The notes below the pieces were generated by a model that saw only the letters and a program-made list of their open reading frames with translations, did not search any database and was not told the DNA's origin. Positions 26,752 through 41,752 of a stretch of DNA of 64,000 nucleotides are shown here, piece by piece. Origin of the DNA: Octopus vulgaris (taxonomy: Eukaryota); NCBI GenBank assembly GCA_951406725.2, contig OX597824.1, positions 5,146,001 to 5,210,000 on the forward strand. Reading direction: 5' to 3'. The translations under genes were made by a program, and so were the position numbers. Within the stretch, counting starts at the first letter, position 1. Each line of letters starts with the position of its first letter.

Positions 26752-28038
26752 TGTAATTATTCGGTTTTATTTCAAGATTTCTTGCCAATAGAAAAGGTGA
26801 TGGTTTCTAAGCTAGATCCAAGAATCCTTCATTGGAATTTCAACATGAGCAGGAGATTTTTCTATGTATGTATGTATGTATGTATGTATGTATGTATGTA
26901 TGTATGTATGTATGTATGTATGTATGTATGTATGTATGTATGTATGTATGCATGTATGTATGTATGCATGTATGCATGTATGTATGTATGTATGTATGTA
27001 TGTATGTATGTATGTATGTATGTGCGTATGTATGTATGTATGTATGTATGCATGTATGTATGCATGTATGTATGTATGTATGTATGTATGTATGTATGTA
27101 TGCATGCATGTATGTATGTATGTATGTATGTATGTATGTATGTATGTATGTATGTATGTATGTATGTATGTATGTATGTATGTATGTATGTATGTATGTA
27201 TGTATGTATGTATGTATGTATGTATGTATGTATGTATGTATGTATGTATGTATGTATGTATGTATGTATGTATGTATGTATGTATGTATGTATGTATGTA
27301 TGTATGTATGTATGTATGTATGCATGTATGTATGTATGTATGTATGTATGTATGTATGTATGTATGTATGTATGTATGTATGTATGTATGTATGTATGTA
27401 TGTATGTATGTATGCATGCATGTATGTATGTATGTATGTATGTATGTATGTATGTATGTATGTATGTATGTATGTATGTATGTATGTATGCATGTATGTA
27501 TGTATGTATGTATGTATGTATGTATGTATGTATGTATGTGCGTATGTATGTATGTATGTATGCATGTATGTATGTATGGTATGTATGGTATGTATGGTAT
27601 GTATGGTATGTATGTGTGTATGTATGTATGCATGTATGTATGTATGTATGTATGTATGCATGTGTGCATGCATTAAGTATATGTACAGATTTGTACGTAT
27701 TGTTTCATGTATGTCTTCTCATGCATATAGTTACATATCTAGACATGCTCATATATAGTTAAATGCTAAACTTCTGGAAAGTTTTGCAGATTTTTACAGT
27801 TCCATTGATGGATTGGATCTGTAGTCTTCGAATCAGCTTTCTCCTTTCTGGTTTTGAGAAGCCTAACATCTCAAGATTGGTATTAGGTAGTGTGTTATAT
27901 ATCCCAGTGCCCCAATAATTACAGGTATAAACCTGAGCTTGTAATCTGAATAAAGTAGCTGTAGATTCCACAATAGTTCAGCATAAGTGTTGTCTTTTTC
28001 ACTGATCTTTAGCTTTATGTTAAAATCCACTGGGCAGA
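26752..28038 (-). mobile_element. 3' end of an RLE-type (R4/Dong-like) retrotransposon with about 800 bp of (CATA)n expanded in its 3' UTR
   Basis: CPVDFNIKLKISEKDNTYAELLWNLQLLY..RFIPVIIGALGYI...GTVKICKTF. The UTR matches the copies at 55590 and 60200. Confidence 0.8.
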
Positions 28039-28129
28039 TGTATGCATGTGTGTATGTATGTATGTATGTATGTATGTATGTATGTATGTATGTATGTATG
28101 TATGTATGTATGTATGTATGTATGTATGT

Positions 28130-28650
28130 CAGGTAACTTATGAGGCTTTCATAAGTGCTACTGGTAACATGGAATCCAGTACAACCTGTTGCATGGTCGG
28201 GTTATCGGCGACTAAACCGGCACCCCAACCAGGCTACCCTGGCGAGGAGGGTTACTAGAAACCCAGCAGTATTAAAAACAAGAATGGCTATCCAGCAATA
28301 TCACGGGTACGCAGAAATTCCGGGATGGTGTCCGGCGTGCTGAAAGACCACTGGGAGTGAGGTACTTCTCATCATCTGTTGAAGCATGCCTCTAGGAGAA
28401 GGTCACTTTGATATAAAACCAGACATGGCATTGATCATTTTGGGGATCTTTGGTTTGTGCTAGAGATCACGGTGCTCCCACATCTCTGAGCCTGCGACTC
28501 ATATTAGCACCAGAGCTGCTCGCTCTGGCTTGTCTCTGGATAATCTCAATAAAATGGAGAGGGTCTATGAGGTGTCGTGCAAGCCTTATTGGACCTTAAA
28601 CTCTGCACAGGTATTGCTGACCCCTACTCGATATATTAGTCCTAGGGCGC
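28130..28650 (+). mobile_element. probable RTE-type 5' UTR fragment
   Basis: GC-rich island containing CTAGGAGAAGGTCACTTTGATATAAAACC, similar to the RTE 5' UTR motif CTAGGAGAAGG-AAACTCTGA-AAACC. Confidence 0.4.
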
Positions 28651-28674
28651 ACAATGTTCCTGTCTTTCTGTCTG

Positions 28675-28783
<109 letters not shown>

Positions 28784-28796
28784 ATATGTATGTATG

Positions 28797-28879
<83 letters not shown>

Positions 28880-29369
28880 TCTTCCATATAATCATAGTTA
28901 GCGAGATCTTGGCCCCTTCGGCTTGAAAGGTGACTCCCTATTTCCTTATTGTTGGTTGGCAAGCTGGGTTTCCATTGAGTAATACCAAGTCACAAGGTGG
29001 ACTTAGACAAGGAACGTTACTAAAGCGATTGCGTGGTGGTGCCGTCGAATGTAGTTATGTTTAAGTTTCCTTCCGTTTGTAGTTGGTAAGGGATGCCATA
29101 CACCTGTTTACCCTGATATCATCACCCGTGGAATCGTTATCTGTGCTGCTTCTTTAGGTGTCGTTGGGGAGATGCGCGGACAGCGTGGCACTAGAAGCAT
29201 TACATTTTGGAAATGGTATTGTGAAATTTCCGATAGGTCAATATACTAATGAATTTAAGAAAGTTATTGTTTCACACGAAAGCGAAAGAACGGAAAAGGA
29301 AATATTGAAAGATCAGATTTGAACATAACCATCTCTTTAATATATGATTGAAGGAAAAGCTGTTCCTAT

Positions 29370-29426
29370 TTGCACACACGCACACGCACATATACAAGAC
29401 ACACACACAGATACAACACACACACA

Positions 29427-29474
<48 letters not shown>

Positions 29475-29821
29475 AAGCGTACATGCAAACGTACACACAC
29501 AAACACACACACACACACATACACACAAACACACACACACACACACACAAACAAACACACACACAAACAAACACACACACACAAACACGCACGCACACAA
29601 ACACACTAACACAGACACACACATACAAACATACACAAAAACAAAAATACAGACAAACACACAAACAAACACAAATACACAAACACTCACACAAACACAT
29701 TCAAACACATACACAGCAAACACATACAAACACAAATACACAAACACGCATACACACAAACACACAAGCAAGCACACACATACAAACATACACAAACATA
29801 CACAAACACACAAACACATAT

Positions 29822-29866
<45 letters not shown>
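29370..29866. repeat. degenerate (CA)n/(CAAA)n tract
   Basis: Direct sequence. Confidence 0.93.
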
Positions 29867-29868
<2 letters not shown>

Positions 29869-30029
29869 GATAATAATAATGGAAAGAAAAATTAGTCAAA
29901 AGTAATGGAGATATTGTTTCTTAAAATAAAGATGTAAAAGTCTAATCCTTTTATTTGTGTGTTTTTTTTGTCTTGTTGTCGAAAGGTTGACTCTTCAACG
30001 CGAGACAACAACAAAAACAGCCGAAGACT

Positions 30030-30066
30030 TTTATTACTATTATCATTATTATTATTATTATTATTA

Positions 30067-30106
<40 letters not shown>

Positions 30107-30174
30107 CATTATTATTTTTATTATTATTATCATTATTATTATTATCATTATTGTTATTATCATTATCATCATCA

Positions 30175-30226
<52 letters not shown>

Positions 30227-30357
30227 CATTATTATTTTTATTATTATTATAATTATTATTATTATTATTATCATTATTATTATTATCATTATTATTTTTA
30301 TTATTATTATCATTATTATTATTATCATTATTGTTATTATCATTATCATCATCATCA

Positions 30358-30419
<62 letters not shown>
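30030..30419. repeat. (TTA/TCA)n tract with an internal 180-bp-offset duplication
   Basis: The variant pattern at 30101-30180 recurs at 30281-30360. Confidence 0.9.
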
Positions 30420-30420
30420 A

Positions 30421-30829
30421 GAAGAAAGGCTGAGGACGCTCGACCTTTATTCTCTTGAAAAACGCCGACGCCGTGGTGATCTCATTCTCGCCCACAACAT
30501 CATAAGCGGAAAGTGTAACCTCTCGAAAGAGCTGTTCTTCACTCCTGCTCCAGAGCGTCGGCGGCGGGGTCATTCCGAAAAGCTCTACCTGCGACGATTT
30601 CATCTCAATCGAAGGAGAGGAGCTTTCTCCGTCCGGGTTGCGGATCCGTGGAACAAGCTGCCAGACGAGATGGTGAAGATGCCGACGACCGCTTTGTTCA
30701 AAGCCTCCTTGGACCTCAAGTGGCCTGAACTCTTTACATGAACACCACCCTGTACTTAACTCCATGTCCCCCTACATGGCCTTGCTATTTGCTTTTGAGC
30801 CAAATTAACTAACTAACTAACTAACTAAC
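30421..30829 (+). mobile_element. young 5'-truncated CR1-clade LINE 3' end
   Basis: Uninterrupted EERLRTLDLYSLEKRRRRGDLI...RGHSEKL...FSVRVADPWNKLP...FKASLD*, then a short UTR and an (AACT)n tail. Confidence 0.88.
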
Positions 30830-30957
30830 ATATACATACATACATACATACATACATACATACATACATACATACATACATACATGCATGCAAACATACA
30901 TACATACATACATACATACATACATTACATACACACATACATACATACATACATACA

Positions 30958-30991
<34 letters not shown>

Positions 30992-31058
30992 CATCATACA
31001 TACATACATATATACATATATACACACACACACATACATACATACATACATACATACA

Positions 31059-31092
<34 letters not shown>

Positions 31093-31593
31093 CATCATAC
31101 ATACATACATATATACACACACACACACATACATACATACATACATACATACATACATACATACATACATACATACATACATACATACATACATACATAC
31201 ATACGTACATATATGTGTATTTTTTCAATGTGTACAAATAACACAGAAAAAAAAATAGTTACCAGGGTAGCAAAAATTCACATAAGTGCCAAGGATGTTA
31301 GAGCTTACTTATAAAGGTAGAAGTTCCAGGGTTTAGTGAAATGATTTTGTATTATATAGATAAATTAATAAATGGAGTTAAACGCAGGTGTTATTCAAAT
31401 CTTTAAGATTTGAATACGTACATACATACATACATACATGTATGCACGCATACACACACACGGGCGCATGCATACATACGCACATCCATATTTATATGTG
31501 TATTTATGTGTGTATGTGTATTTATGTATGCTCGTATATATTCACGTACATACACATATATATATATGCAGATGTCTATCTATCTAAGCAAAA

Positions 31594-31934
31594 TTTTGGG
31601 GGAAGGAGCCAGTCGATTAGATCGATCCCAGTACGCAACTGGTACTTAATTTATGGACCCGAAAGGATGAAAGCAAAGTCGACCTCAGCGGAATTTGAAC
31701 TCAGAACGTAGCGGCAGACGAAATACCTATTTCTTTACTACCCACAAGGGGCTAAACACGGAAAGGACAAACAAGGACAGACAAACGGATTAAGTCGATT
31801 ATATCGACCCTAGTGCGTAACTGGTTCTTATTTAATCGACCCCAAAAGGATGAAAGGCAAAGTCGACCTCGGCGGAATTTGAACTCAGAACGTAACGGCA
31901 GACGAAGTGCTACCGTTTCTGCCAGCTCGCCGCC
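31594..31934 (-). mobile_element. SINE family B dimer
   Basis: A near-complete unit (31934-31728) is joined directly to a second unit starting GGTATTTCGTCTGCC. Confidence 0.88.
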
Positions 31935-32218
31935 TTAAACCGATAAGCACGTTGGTTGATTAGTTGCATTTTCAAGTCACACTTTTCCTCGAATAGAAAG
32001 AAGGAGAGAGAGAGAGAGAGAGAGAGAAGAGAGAAAGAAAGAGAGAGAGAGAGAAAGGGAGGGAGAGGGAGTAAAAGAGAAATAGAGAGAGTTAAGAGAG
32101 ATGCAGGAGTTCAAAAGTCAATCTTGGTGGGAGGAGAAAGAAGAGGAACCGATAGGGGTCAACGATAGGATACTTGTGGGAGGAGTTATACAAATGAGAA
32201 GATCGTTTTATTTAATTA

Positions 32219-32331
32219 TAGAGGATGGGCCAAAAGTCCCGCACTAAGATTAAATATTTAATACATACCATACATTTCGAAAACTAATTACAAAACAAAT
32301 TCGTGGTGCGTGAGTTTTGGTCCACCTTGTA
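32219..32331. mobile_element. mini-MITE with Tc1/mariner-like TIRs and TA flanks
   Basis: TAGAGGATGGGCCAAAAGTCCCGCAC versus the reverse complement of the right end, TACAAGGTGGACCAAAACTCACGCAC. Confidence 0.65.
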
Positions 32332-32562
32332 CTTTAAAGAAATCATAATTGTTTTTAGAAATGAGTATCAATTTCATGATTTTTGTATAAGCAGCAAGAT
32401 GACAATTAAATTTGATAACAATTAAATTATAATTATCGTATGTTTTCTTTATTTCCTGATATCACCCAACGGTGGCAAAAATATCCTTCCAAACTTACCC
32501 GTTTTATGATGGCCGACGCTTTGATATATTATATTGTCCTTTAGTTTACTTCATGTCGTTAC

Positions 32563-32953
32563 CTTTATTTACTCTTTTACTTGTTCCAGTCGTTTGACTG
32601 CGGACATGCTGGAGCACCGCCTTTAGTCGAGCTAATTGAGCCCCAAGACTTATTCTTTGTAAGCCTAGTACTTATTCTATCGGTCTTTTTTGCGGAACCG
32701 CTACGTTACTGGGACGTAAACATACCAGAATCAGTTAATCAAGCGACGTTGGGGGGGACAAACACAGACACACAAACACACATATACATATATACGACGG
32801 GCTTCTTTTCAGTTTCCGTCTACCAAATCAACTCACAAGGCTTTGGTCGGCCCGAGGCTATAGTAGAAGACACTTGCCCAAGGTGCCACACAGTGGGACT
32901 GAACCCGGAACCATGTGGTTGGTAAGCATGCTACTTACCACACAGCCACTCCT
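32563..32953 (-). mobile_element. full-length SINE family A
   Basis: Close match to the other copies. Confidence 0.92.
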
Positions 32954-34095
32954 ATTTACTTAATGTTGTAATTTTAGTTTAGACACGAACAATTATTTTC
33001 GCATTAATTTCTGTTGAGACACTCAAACGTTTGTGTCTTTAGAGAAATTGGTAAGAAATTGAGAGCTGAGCAGTTCTAATTTCGTGACCGCTCGTGGCGT
33101 GATTATAACCAAGACACATTACGCTGATGTGTTTCACCGATTTGCAAATAGACACAAGACAGGCAGATCAATATTTTGAGCAGACAGGGAATTGCCTAAT
33201 TTGCGATTTGTTTTCTCAGAAGATTTGGTCCGAAATTACTTTAGGTGTCTGGATAAAGTAATAAGCAATATCAGGTTTCCTCGAGGGACCCTAAGAGAAT
33301 CACGTGAGCTAGCCATGTACGCAAGTCACAGAGGTAGCACATGATTTTTTCGTTAAATCTCTCATAACTTTCACAAATATTTCTAAAAAGCAATTTAGAA
33401 AATAACACATTTTTCTACTTGTTGTATCAAAACTAACTGCCATTTAGTCAGGTAAATATACACACCTATTTGTTTGCTCTTAAAAAATAGAAAAAAGTAC
33501 AACAGTCTACAATATCTAATATTTCATATTTACAAGTGATGTGTCAACTTGTTTATGATGAAAAAATTACCAGCAATGTTTGGTGAAGATACCTAGAAAT
33601 TTAATATGTTTTTCCGTTCAGTTCTTCATAATTTATTTAGAATATGACGTGTCATCAGATAATGTTCTATATAATAGCTGACAACATAGGAAAATCATCA
33701 AAAATCTGACAGATTATCAAATAAATAAGATTCAAGGAAGAACTGCTGTTTTTCTACTATCAAATATATCATATCGAGTTATGTAGGAATAAATGTATAT
33801 TTAAACATCCACAATTCAGTTATATTTTTTAATTCAATAACATCATATTTAAGTATGCACAGCGAGCCGTCACTCCCGAGCGAGTATGGATTGGTAGCAT
33901 AGCATACACCAGGCTTTAACTAGGTGTTTTAGGTGCATATGATGTCGTGAGCAGACATTCACCCCTCTCGCCCTTCTCTCCACTGATCTGTGGCACAGTT
34001 GGAAAAGAAAAGAGTTAGATAGATCGATATATATATATACGTGATCAAATTAAAATCAAGAAAATGGAGAAGTAGCGTTATTATAATTTATTAAC

Positions 34096-34159
<64 letters not shown>

Positions 34160-34234
34160 AGGTGGTGCTATTAAGTTAGACATGGCCTGGGCCAATAATG
34201 GCCGAAACCTATCAAAGTATCAAAGTATCAAAGT

Positions 34235-34791
<557 letters not shown>

Positions 34792-34921
34792 ATAAAAAGA
34801 ATTCCAACCTTGTCTGATTTTCACGTTTTATTTACAATCTTATAATGATATATTATAAGATAATATATTATAATTGAATAAAATAAAATGAAATAGTAGA
34901 ATGTTAAATATTCATTCTGAT

Positions 34922-34966
34922 TGAACTAGTACTTTCATGCATTGAATTCTGCAATCTTCGGGTTCA
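34922..34966 (-). ncRNA. minimal type I hammerhead ribozyme motif (U4C core variant)
   Basis: TGAAC-CCGAAGA-T-TGCA(GAATTCAA)TGCA-T-GAAA-GTAC-TA-GTTCA, with a 5-bp stem I and palindromic AGTACT stem III. Confidence 0.65.
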
Positions 34967-35050
34967 TGTAGTAGTGTTGACAGTCATGCTTCACAATTTT
35001 TGACTGTAGCAAGATGAGTGATTCTGTATATATGTATGTATATATATAAT

Positions 35051-35425
35051 TTACTTGTTTTAGTCATTAGACTGTGGCCATACTGGAGTACCACTCTGAA
35101 GAATTTTCATCAAATGAGTCGGCCTCAGTACTTATATTTTCTCTTCAACCTGGTACTTCTTCTGTCGGTCAGTTACGGGGACCTAAGTGCACCATCACAG
35201 GTTGTCAAGCGGTGGTGGGGGGACAAACACAGACACAAAGAAACGCGCATACACACACACGCGCGCGCGTGCACGCTACGGATTCTTTCAGTTTCCGTCA
35301 ATCAAATCCAGTTACAAGGCTTTGGTCGTCTGGTGCTAGAGTAGAAGACACTTGCCCAAGGTGCCACACAATGAGATGAACTCGGAACCATGTATTTGGT
35401 AGACAAGCTTCTTTTTACCACGCAG
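35051..35425 (-). mobile_element. diverged SINE family A
   Basis: Colinear degenerate match. Confidence 0.8.
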
Positions 35426-35459
35426 AGAGATAGATCGATCAATAGATAAATAGATAGCG

Positions 35460-35496
<37 letters not shown>

Positions 35497-36027
35497 CAGA
35501 AAGAGAGAGAGAGAGAGAGGGAGGAGACAAAGAGGGAGAGAGAGCTGCAACAGTACCTAGTTGATACTAATTTACAACCGAATAGACAGAAATAACGTTT
35601 AATGAAGTCCTGCACTGAAGGACACAGTGCACTGCCTAGAGCAGAAATTGAACCTAAGACCTTATAATCACGAGCCAAATATCCTAACCAGTAGGACACA
35701 CATCTTCAGAATCATATTTATACGCAATGAAAAGATAGACCTGGCGATATCTTTCTTTTCATATATTTCAGCAAAAACTTTTTAAAACTACTTCTGCGAT
35801 CTCCAAATTAGATTCGTTAATGGCTATTTCCCCGTCCCTTTGTACTGCCAGGAACATCATAGAAATTATTTGTCCAGCTTTCGTTTACCAATTTTTGTGA
35901 TGCGCAAAGATAATTGCTTTTTTTCAAAGTATAATCTGTTCAATAACATATCGGGTTTTCGATGATTTTTACTTAATTTACTGAAATCTAGTCGTCGGCC
36001 ATTTATCAAGCAAAATATTTGGACATA

Positions 36028-36118
36028 TTAACCCTTCCGTAACAAATCTGAGAAGACGGTACCGTAAACAGATAATTCCATTAAGTTAGAACAATCAATG
36101 GTAAATATGAAGGGTTAA
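36028..36118. mobile_element. tiny piggyBac-like MITE relic
   Basis: TTAA-CCCTTC ... GAAGGG-TTAA ends. The TIR is short. Confidence 0.45.
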
Positions 36119-36487
36119 TTAAAACACGTGAATTACAATTTTAATTATTTTTCAGGTAAATAATAATCCAAACCAGTGTTAACTATTGGAGCTGTTTTCC
36201 CCTTCGCCTATTCCACTACACTATTTGCCGAGAGGATTCTCTGTGACATATTCGATTAACTCCCTTGTCTCTACTTTGAAAACACAAGGACACAGGAAAT
36301 ATGTCAAGTCCAACAGGAAACGGTGTTTCCCAGGGCTAAATAACAGTAGCATTCTTCCCTTTTATGGGACTTTCACATTAAGTTGACAACATACCATCAC
36401 TTTATCGTGCTGCTACTGTATAAATGTCTTTGAGAGATTTAGAAATATATTATTTCTATTTTTCTTGTCTTGTATTCGTTTTTTTTT

Positions 36488-36836
36488 TTTTTACTTGCTT
36501 CAGTTATCAGATTGCGGCCGTGTCAGGGCTGCACCTTAAATGGTTTATTCGAACAAAGCGACCCCGGCACTTACTGTGCTTCAAATGCTAAATCAAGGGA
36601 CGTAAACAAAACAAAATCGGTTGTGAAATGGTGGCGGGACAAACACAAATACACGAATCCACACATATATGACGGGCTTCCATACAGTTTCCGCTTACCA
36701 AATTGACTTACAAAGCATTGGTCAACCCCGGGGTTATTGTAGAAGAGACTTGTTCAAGGAGCCCCAAAATGGAACTGAACCCGAAACCGCGTGGTTGCGA
36801 AGCGAACTTCTTAACCATACAGCCACGTGCATGCCT
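36488..36836 (-). mobile_element. diverged SINE family A
   Basis: Colinear degenerate match. Confidence 0.75.
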
Positions 36837-37508
36837 ATGTCAAGGGTCCAGTTCCTACGAGCCTTGTATGCCTTAGCTATATGACTGTATTCAGCTGTTT
36901 GACCTATAATTTGGGGCCTTGGCAGGTACTGACACCCCGGGTCAGAGAATACCTGGAAGTAGTGAGGACTAAGGGGTGACGCCATAATTCCCCGCCCCCC
37001 AAACCACCAAAATCCTGAACTCCCGTGCTGGGATCTCACCACAGAATACAGTCTGATGTCTGGCTCATAACATCCCCATTGCTAATAAATCTATTGGCTT
37101 GTCCTTCTCTTCTGGAACTACACATTCCTGAAATTCGTTCCGTTTACACATTTTCTTTACAGACCTTCTCTGCTAAGAGTTCTGAAAATTTGAGTCTATC
37201 AGACTGAGAAATCACCAGTTTGGTTTGCAAAGGTTTTTGGAATAACTTATGTTTTCGACTAAGTAATAAAGTTGGAACATTTTCTGTTTATTTACTTTTC
37301 TTCTATTTAACCATCTTAGAATGTCGACCAAAGGGAATCATTTTAGCGTTGAATAAAAGGTTCTTATTTCCAATCCCGCCAAGACCTGTTTGGCATTACA
37401 TCTTTCGGAGTTGATAAAATAAGCTTCACTCAAGTACTGATGCAAGCCTCCTGCATAAATCCCACATCCTTATTTAACCATCTACGAGATATTCATTACG
37501 TATCTATG

Positions 37509-38050
37509 TACACAAGAAGTCAAAAAAATTATCCCTACTTTCACCAAAACGTTTTTTAGATTGACCGCACTGCCTTCAGCGCTCGTATACCAAAAGTTGG
37601 TACTCTTGTGATTACGGAACCGTGGTTTGATCTTTCTGGAAATTGGTATAAAATGCTGAGGTCTGTTGTCAAAACAAATATTTTTGTAGCACGACATTGC
37701 AAGCTCCCATATGGCCGCTCACACCATTGAAACCATTGAAAAATTAGATTTCGAGTTGCTAAAACACCCTGCATATAGTCCACATTCCGCCCCTTCCGAC
37801 TATCATCTTTTTGGACCGCTGAAAACATCCCCTACGTGGTTGTCGATTTGCTAAGGACGAAGAAGCGCAGAAAGCGGTGCATGAATGCGACCAGCCAAAA
37901 ACCTTCTCCAATTGAATAAGCTTGAAGACCATTAGAAGTGCACCAAAAAGCATGGAGACTGTCGAAGAATGATGTAATTCTTCATCTCTTGTTTTTGGTT
38001 TAATAAACTACTGAAACCAAAGTGGGTATAATTTTTGACTTCCTCTCGTA
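37509..38050 (+). mobile_element. internally deleted mariner transposon
   Basis: HDIASSH...LLKHPAYSPHSAPSDYHLFGPLK (YSPDLAPxD motif), about 30-bp TIRs and TA flanks. Confidence 0.9.
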
Positions 38051-38485
38051 GATCTGGGGTAAAGCTAAGAGGGTACCATTTATACATCCTTTTCATCTCA
38101 TTGTGCTCGCTATTTCCTTGTTTCCATAAATGGTAGTCAACAACTTTGTCCAATCAGCTTCCACATTTCTCGCACGTCGTGTCAAGCATAGCAGCTTCAT
38201 TAAGTCTGATTCGGAAAGTGGCCGAACATTCATTATGTTGTCAAATTTATTTTGTAAGTCTCTTTGAGCACGATGAGGCCGTAATAGGTTGAATGTTGTG
38301 AATCCTGCGATTCGGAGGAGTGTTCAGTGCACATACACACGCATACGCACACGCACATCGACGCACACGTGCACATACATGCACACATGCACATAGAGGC
38401 ACGCACATACATGCGCACAGACGTGCACACGCACACAGCACATTCACACACGCGGTCATTTATAAATATATAATATATATGATAT

Positions 38486-38532
<47 letters not shown>

Positions 38533-38559
38533 ATATATATATGTATATATATATATGTA

Positions 38560-38613
<54 letters not shown>

Positions 38614-39180
38614 TACATATATATATACATATATATATATGTATGGATATATATATATATATATATATATATAAACAAAGTCAAAATGCGATAAAATAAA
38701 ATTAATTATTATCGCTGGTGTTTCTAGCATATATATATATGTATATATATATATACACACACACACACAATGGAACAAGTTGTTAAGGGCGCTTTCAGTG
38801 TCAGACGGTGGAATGATTTTGCTGTCGCCTCAAGTGCCACAGGGCACAACGAGGTTTCGCGTTACTAAAACATATTGGAATGCATCTCTAAACACATACA
38901 TATGTATACATACAACATATACACACATACACACACCTAAACACACACGCACATACATATATAGCTAAACACACACACTCACCAATAGAAATTGTTTTGT
39001 ATTCATTTTATCACGAAGCTATTCAACGGTCGATTTCGGATTTCGGGTGCATAGTCATCAACTCTTCTTACACTGTATAGATTAAATGTGTACATTGAAT
39101 GCGTCAAATAACGCATTTTGTGTTGATGTTACGGAGATGTACTTGCATAGCAAGTGACCTGATCTGAGATCGTGTGCTGA

Positions 39181-39469
39181 AACAAAAGCAATTGCAGCAT
39201 GGAAGATGTTTACAAGCCTTTTAAAAACACACAAAAACCGTTAGATTCACTTCAACATTTAAATTTAATTTGTCAAAATGTTTGCGGCGCTTTGAGACCA
39301 CGACCTGTCCACTGAGGTGCAGATTGGAATTTTGTCAGTGAACAGGTCGCGGGGTCAAAGCGACGAAAACATTTTGACAAATTAAGTTTAAATGTTGAAG
39401 TGAATCTAACGGTTTTTGTGTATTTTTAAATGGCTGATAAACACATTCCACGATGCAGTTGCTTGTGTT
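39181..39469. repeat. long foldback palindrome (about 135-bp arms, 19-bp spacer)
   Basis: CACAAAAACCGTTAGATTCACTTCAACATTTAAA is mirrored by TTTAAATGTTGAAGTGAATCTAACGGTTTTTGTG. Confidence 0.92.
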
Positions 39470-40530
39470 GATGTTGTTGTTGTTTAATACTAGGTCAGCC
39501 TTGGTGAAACAGACTTATCTATAGCCACAGAAATTCTAGACCATACCATACTATTTTTTTAAGTGGCATAGTGTACCTATGACTCTATGATCTTTGTATA
39601 CTTTCTTCCCTTTCTTAAGGCGACAGAGTTTGTGATTTCAGAATGATTTGGTTGTTGCTTTTTGCAGATCAAGCGATTAGAGTACGAGTGAGGAAGACTT
39701 TTTTTTTATACCTTATCAAGTATGTAGGAACCGACGGAGGGGTATCTGAACCGAGAAAAATAATGCAGCCTTAAGTTTACAAATTCATATGTATGCACAT
39801 GGTCTGATTGAGCAGCATTAATTAAATTCTAACAATGCATTAATTAACCAGTTAGTTAAAATACATCAAATATCGAAGCACCAAACGAGCTCCAAGATAC
39901 ATTTTTTAAAGATGTTCAGAAACTTTAATTTGCATCTTAATGAGAAGACCTGCTGTTTTAGTTAGGTCAGACGAGAAAGATCAATGCTTCAGTTCTTAAA
40001 TATTTTGTAAGGTGTTTGGGAGCGAGAAATTAATTTTTTGTAACTAAACACTTTCAAACTTCGGACACTGGTAGAATGCGTCATAGAAAACATCTTTTAC
40101 TCTTAGAGTTGTTGAGAAAAGTTTCTATTTTCAAAGTTATTTCCTGTTAAAGTTGTCGTATTTCGGTAATTTCAACAAATCAATGGCGTGTATTCAGCTG
40201 AATAAAATTACTGCTGTTGTTTGTCAACAACTTCCGGCGAAAAGATTCAAGGTTTGTAGTGTAACATGTAAATAATTTCAACTTAAATTTAGGCTCAAAG
40301 CCTGCTATGGACCTCAGTGCATACCTAGTTTTATTTTATCGAAATAAGGTTTAATTTTATCGAAATATGGCTAAGATCAGACAACTGACAAGCAAATCTG
40401 TGGTATTGAGCAGAATATTTGCTGTAGCCCATCTTTTATAACAAGACAAAACAATGTACATTAATAAAACTTCCAATCAGTTAAGATCAGAAGCCATGAG
40501 AGCCACTGTCTGGTACTACATCAGGGCATC

Positions 40531-40591
<61 letters not shown>

Positions 40592-40598
40592 GTTGTTG

Positions 40599-40684
<86 letters not shown>
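40531..40684. repeat. (TAT)n microsatellite
   Basis: Direct sequence. Confidence 0.95.
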
Positions 40685-41330
40685 AGATAGGAGCAAAGTG
40701 ATAAGATCATAAATTGATATAATAGAATGGAATTGGTATTTTATGCCATAGCAAGAATCGTACTGACGCAAATGCAAATTCGTTTTGACATATTTTACTG
40801 TTTACAATGTACAATTACACAAAAATAAGTCACGAGTGTTGGGGGGGCGTACTATACAACTTTACATATTGATGCCAACGCGAAACCTCAGTGTTTATAG
40901 TAACAACAGACTAATATTTGTAATTTGATGATTTGATTAATTTCTAAAATGTCGGAGACCCTCGTTTTGTTCATAGATTCTTTGTATATTTTTCTTTTGC
41001 CAGAGACTAGCTGTTGGAATCCAGCATATAAATATACTATCACGAAAAATAAAATTAGACTTTATCGATTATATTTTTTGTGCATTGGACTAAACAAATG
41101 ATATTAATGACTAAAAAAATTCTGGTTTGCTATTGTTATCTTTATAAATAAATTTTTTAAATGTTTTTGAAGGAACAGGACGAAAGTGCGAAGAGAATTA
41201 ATGGTGGATGGTGAATGCCATTCCCTTTAGAAGTGTATTCTTTTCATGTCTGAACTACTTTTATCTACTTTTTGTCAAATATAAGCGACTAGTATCTGCT
41301 AGGGAGTAGTTTTGAACATTCATCAATATA

Positions 41331-41495
41331 GGAGTAGGAGTTGCTGTGTGGTAAGTAGCTTGCTTACGAACCACATGGTTCCGGGTTCAGTCCCACTGCG
41401 TAGCACCTTGGGCAAGTGTCTTCTACTATAGCCTCGGGCCGACCAAAGACTTGTGAGTAGATTTTGTAGACGGAAACCGAAAGAAGCCCATCGTA

Positions 41496-41554
<59 letters not shown>

Positions 41555-41752
41555 GTGTGTGTGTTTCTGTGTCTGTGTTTGTCCCCCCCACAACATTGCT
41601 TGACAACCGATGCTGGTGTGTTTACATCCCCGTAACTTAGCGGTTCGGCAAAAGAGGCCGATAGAATATGTACTAGGCTTACAAAGAATAAGTCCTGGGG
41701 GCGATTCGCTCGACTAAGGGTGGTGCTCCAGCATGACCACAGGCAAATGACC
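41331..41752 (+). mobile_element. SINE family A
   Basis: Close match. Confidence 0.92.
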
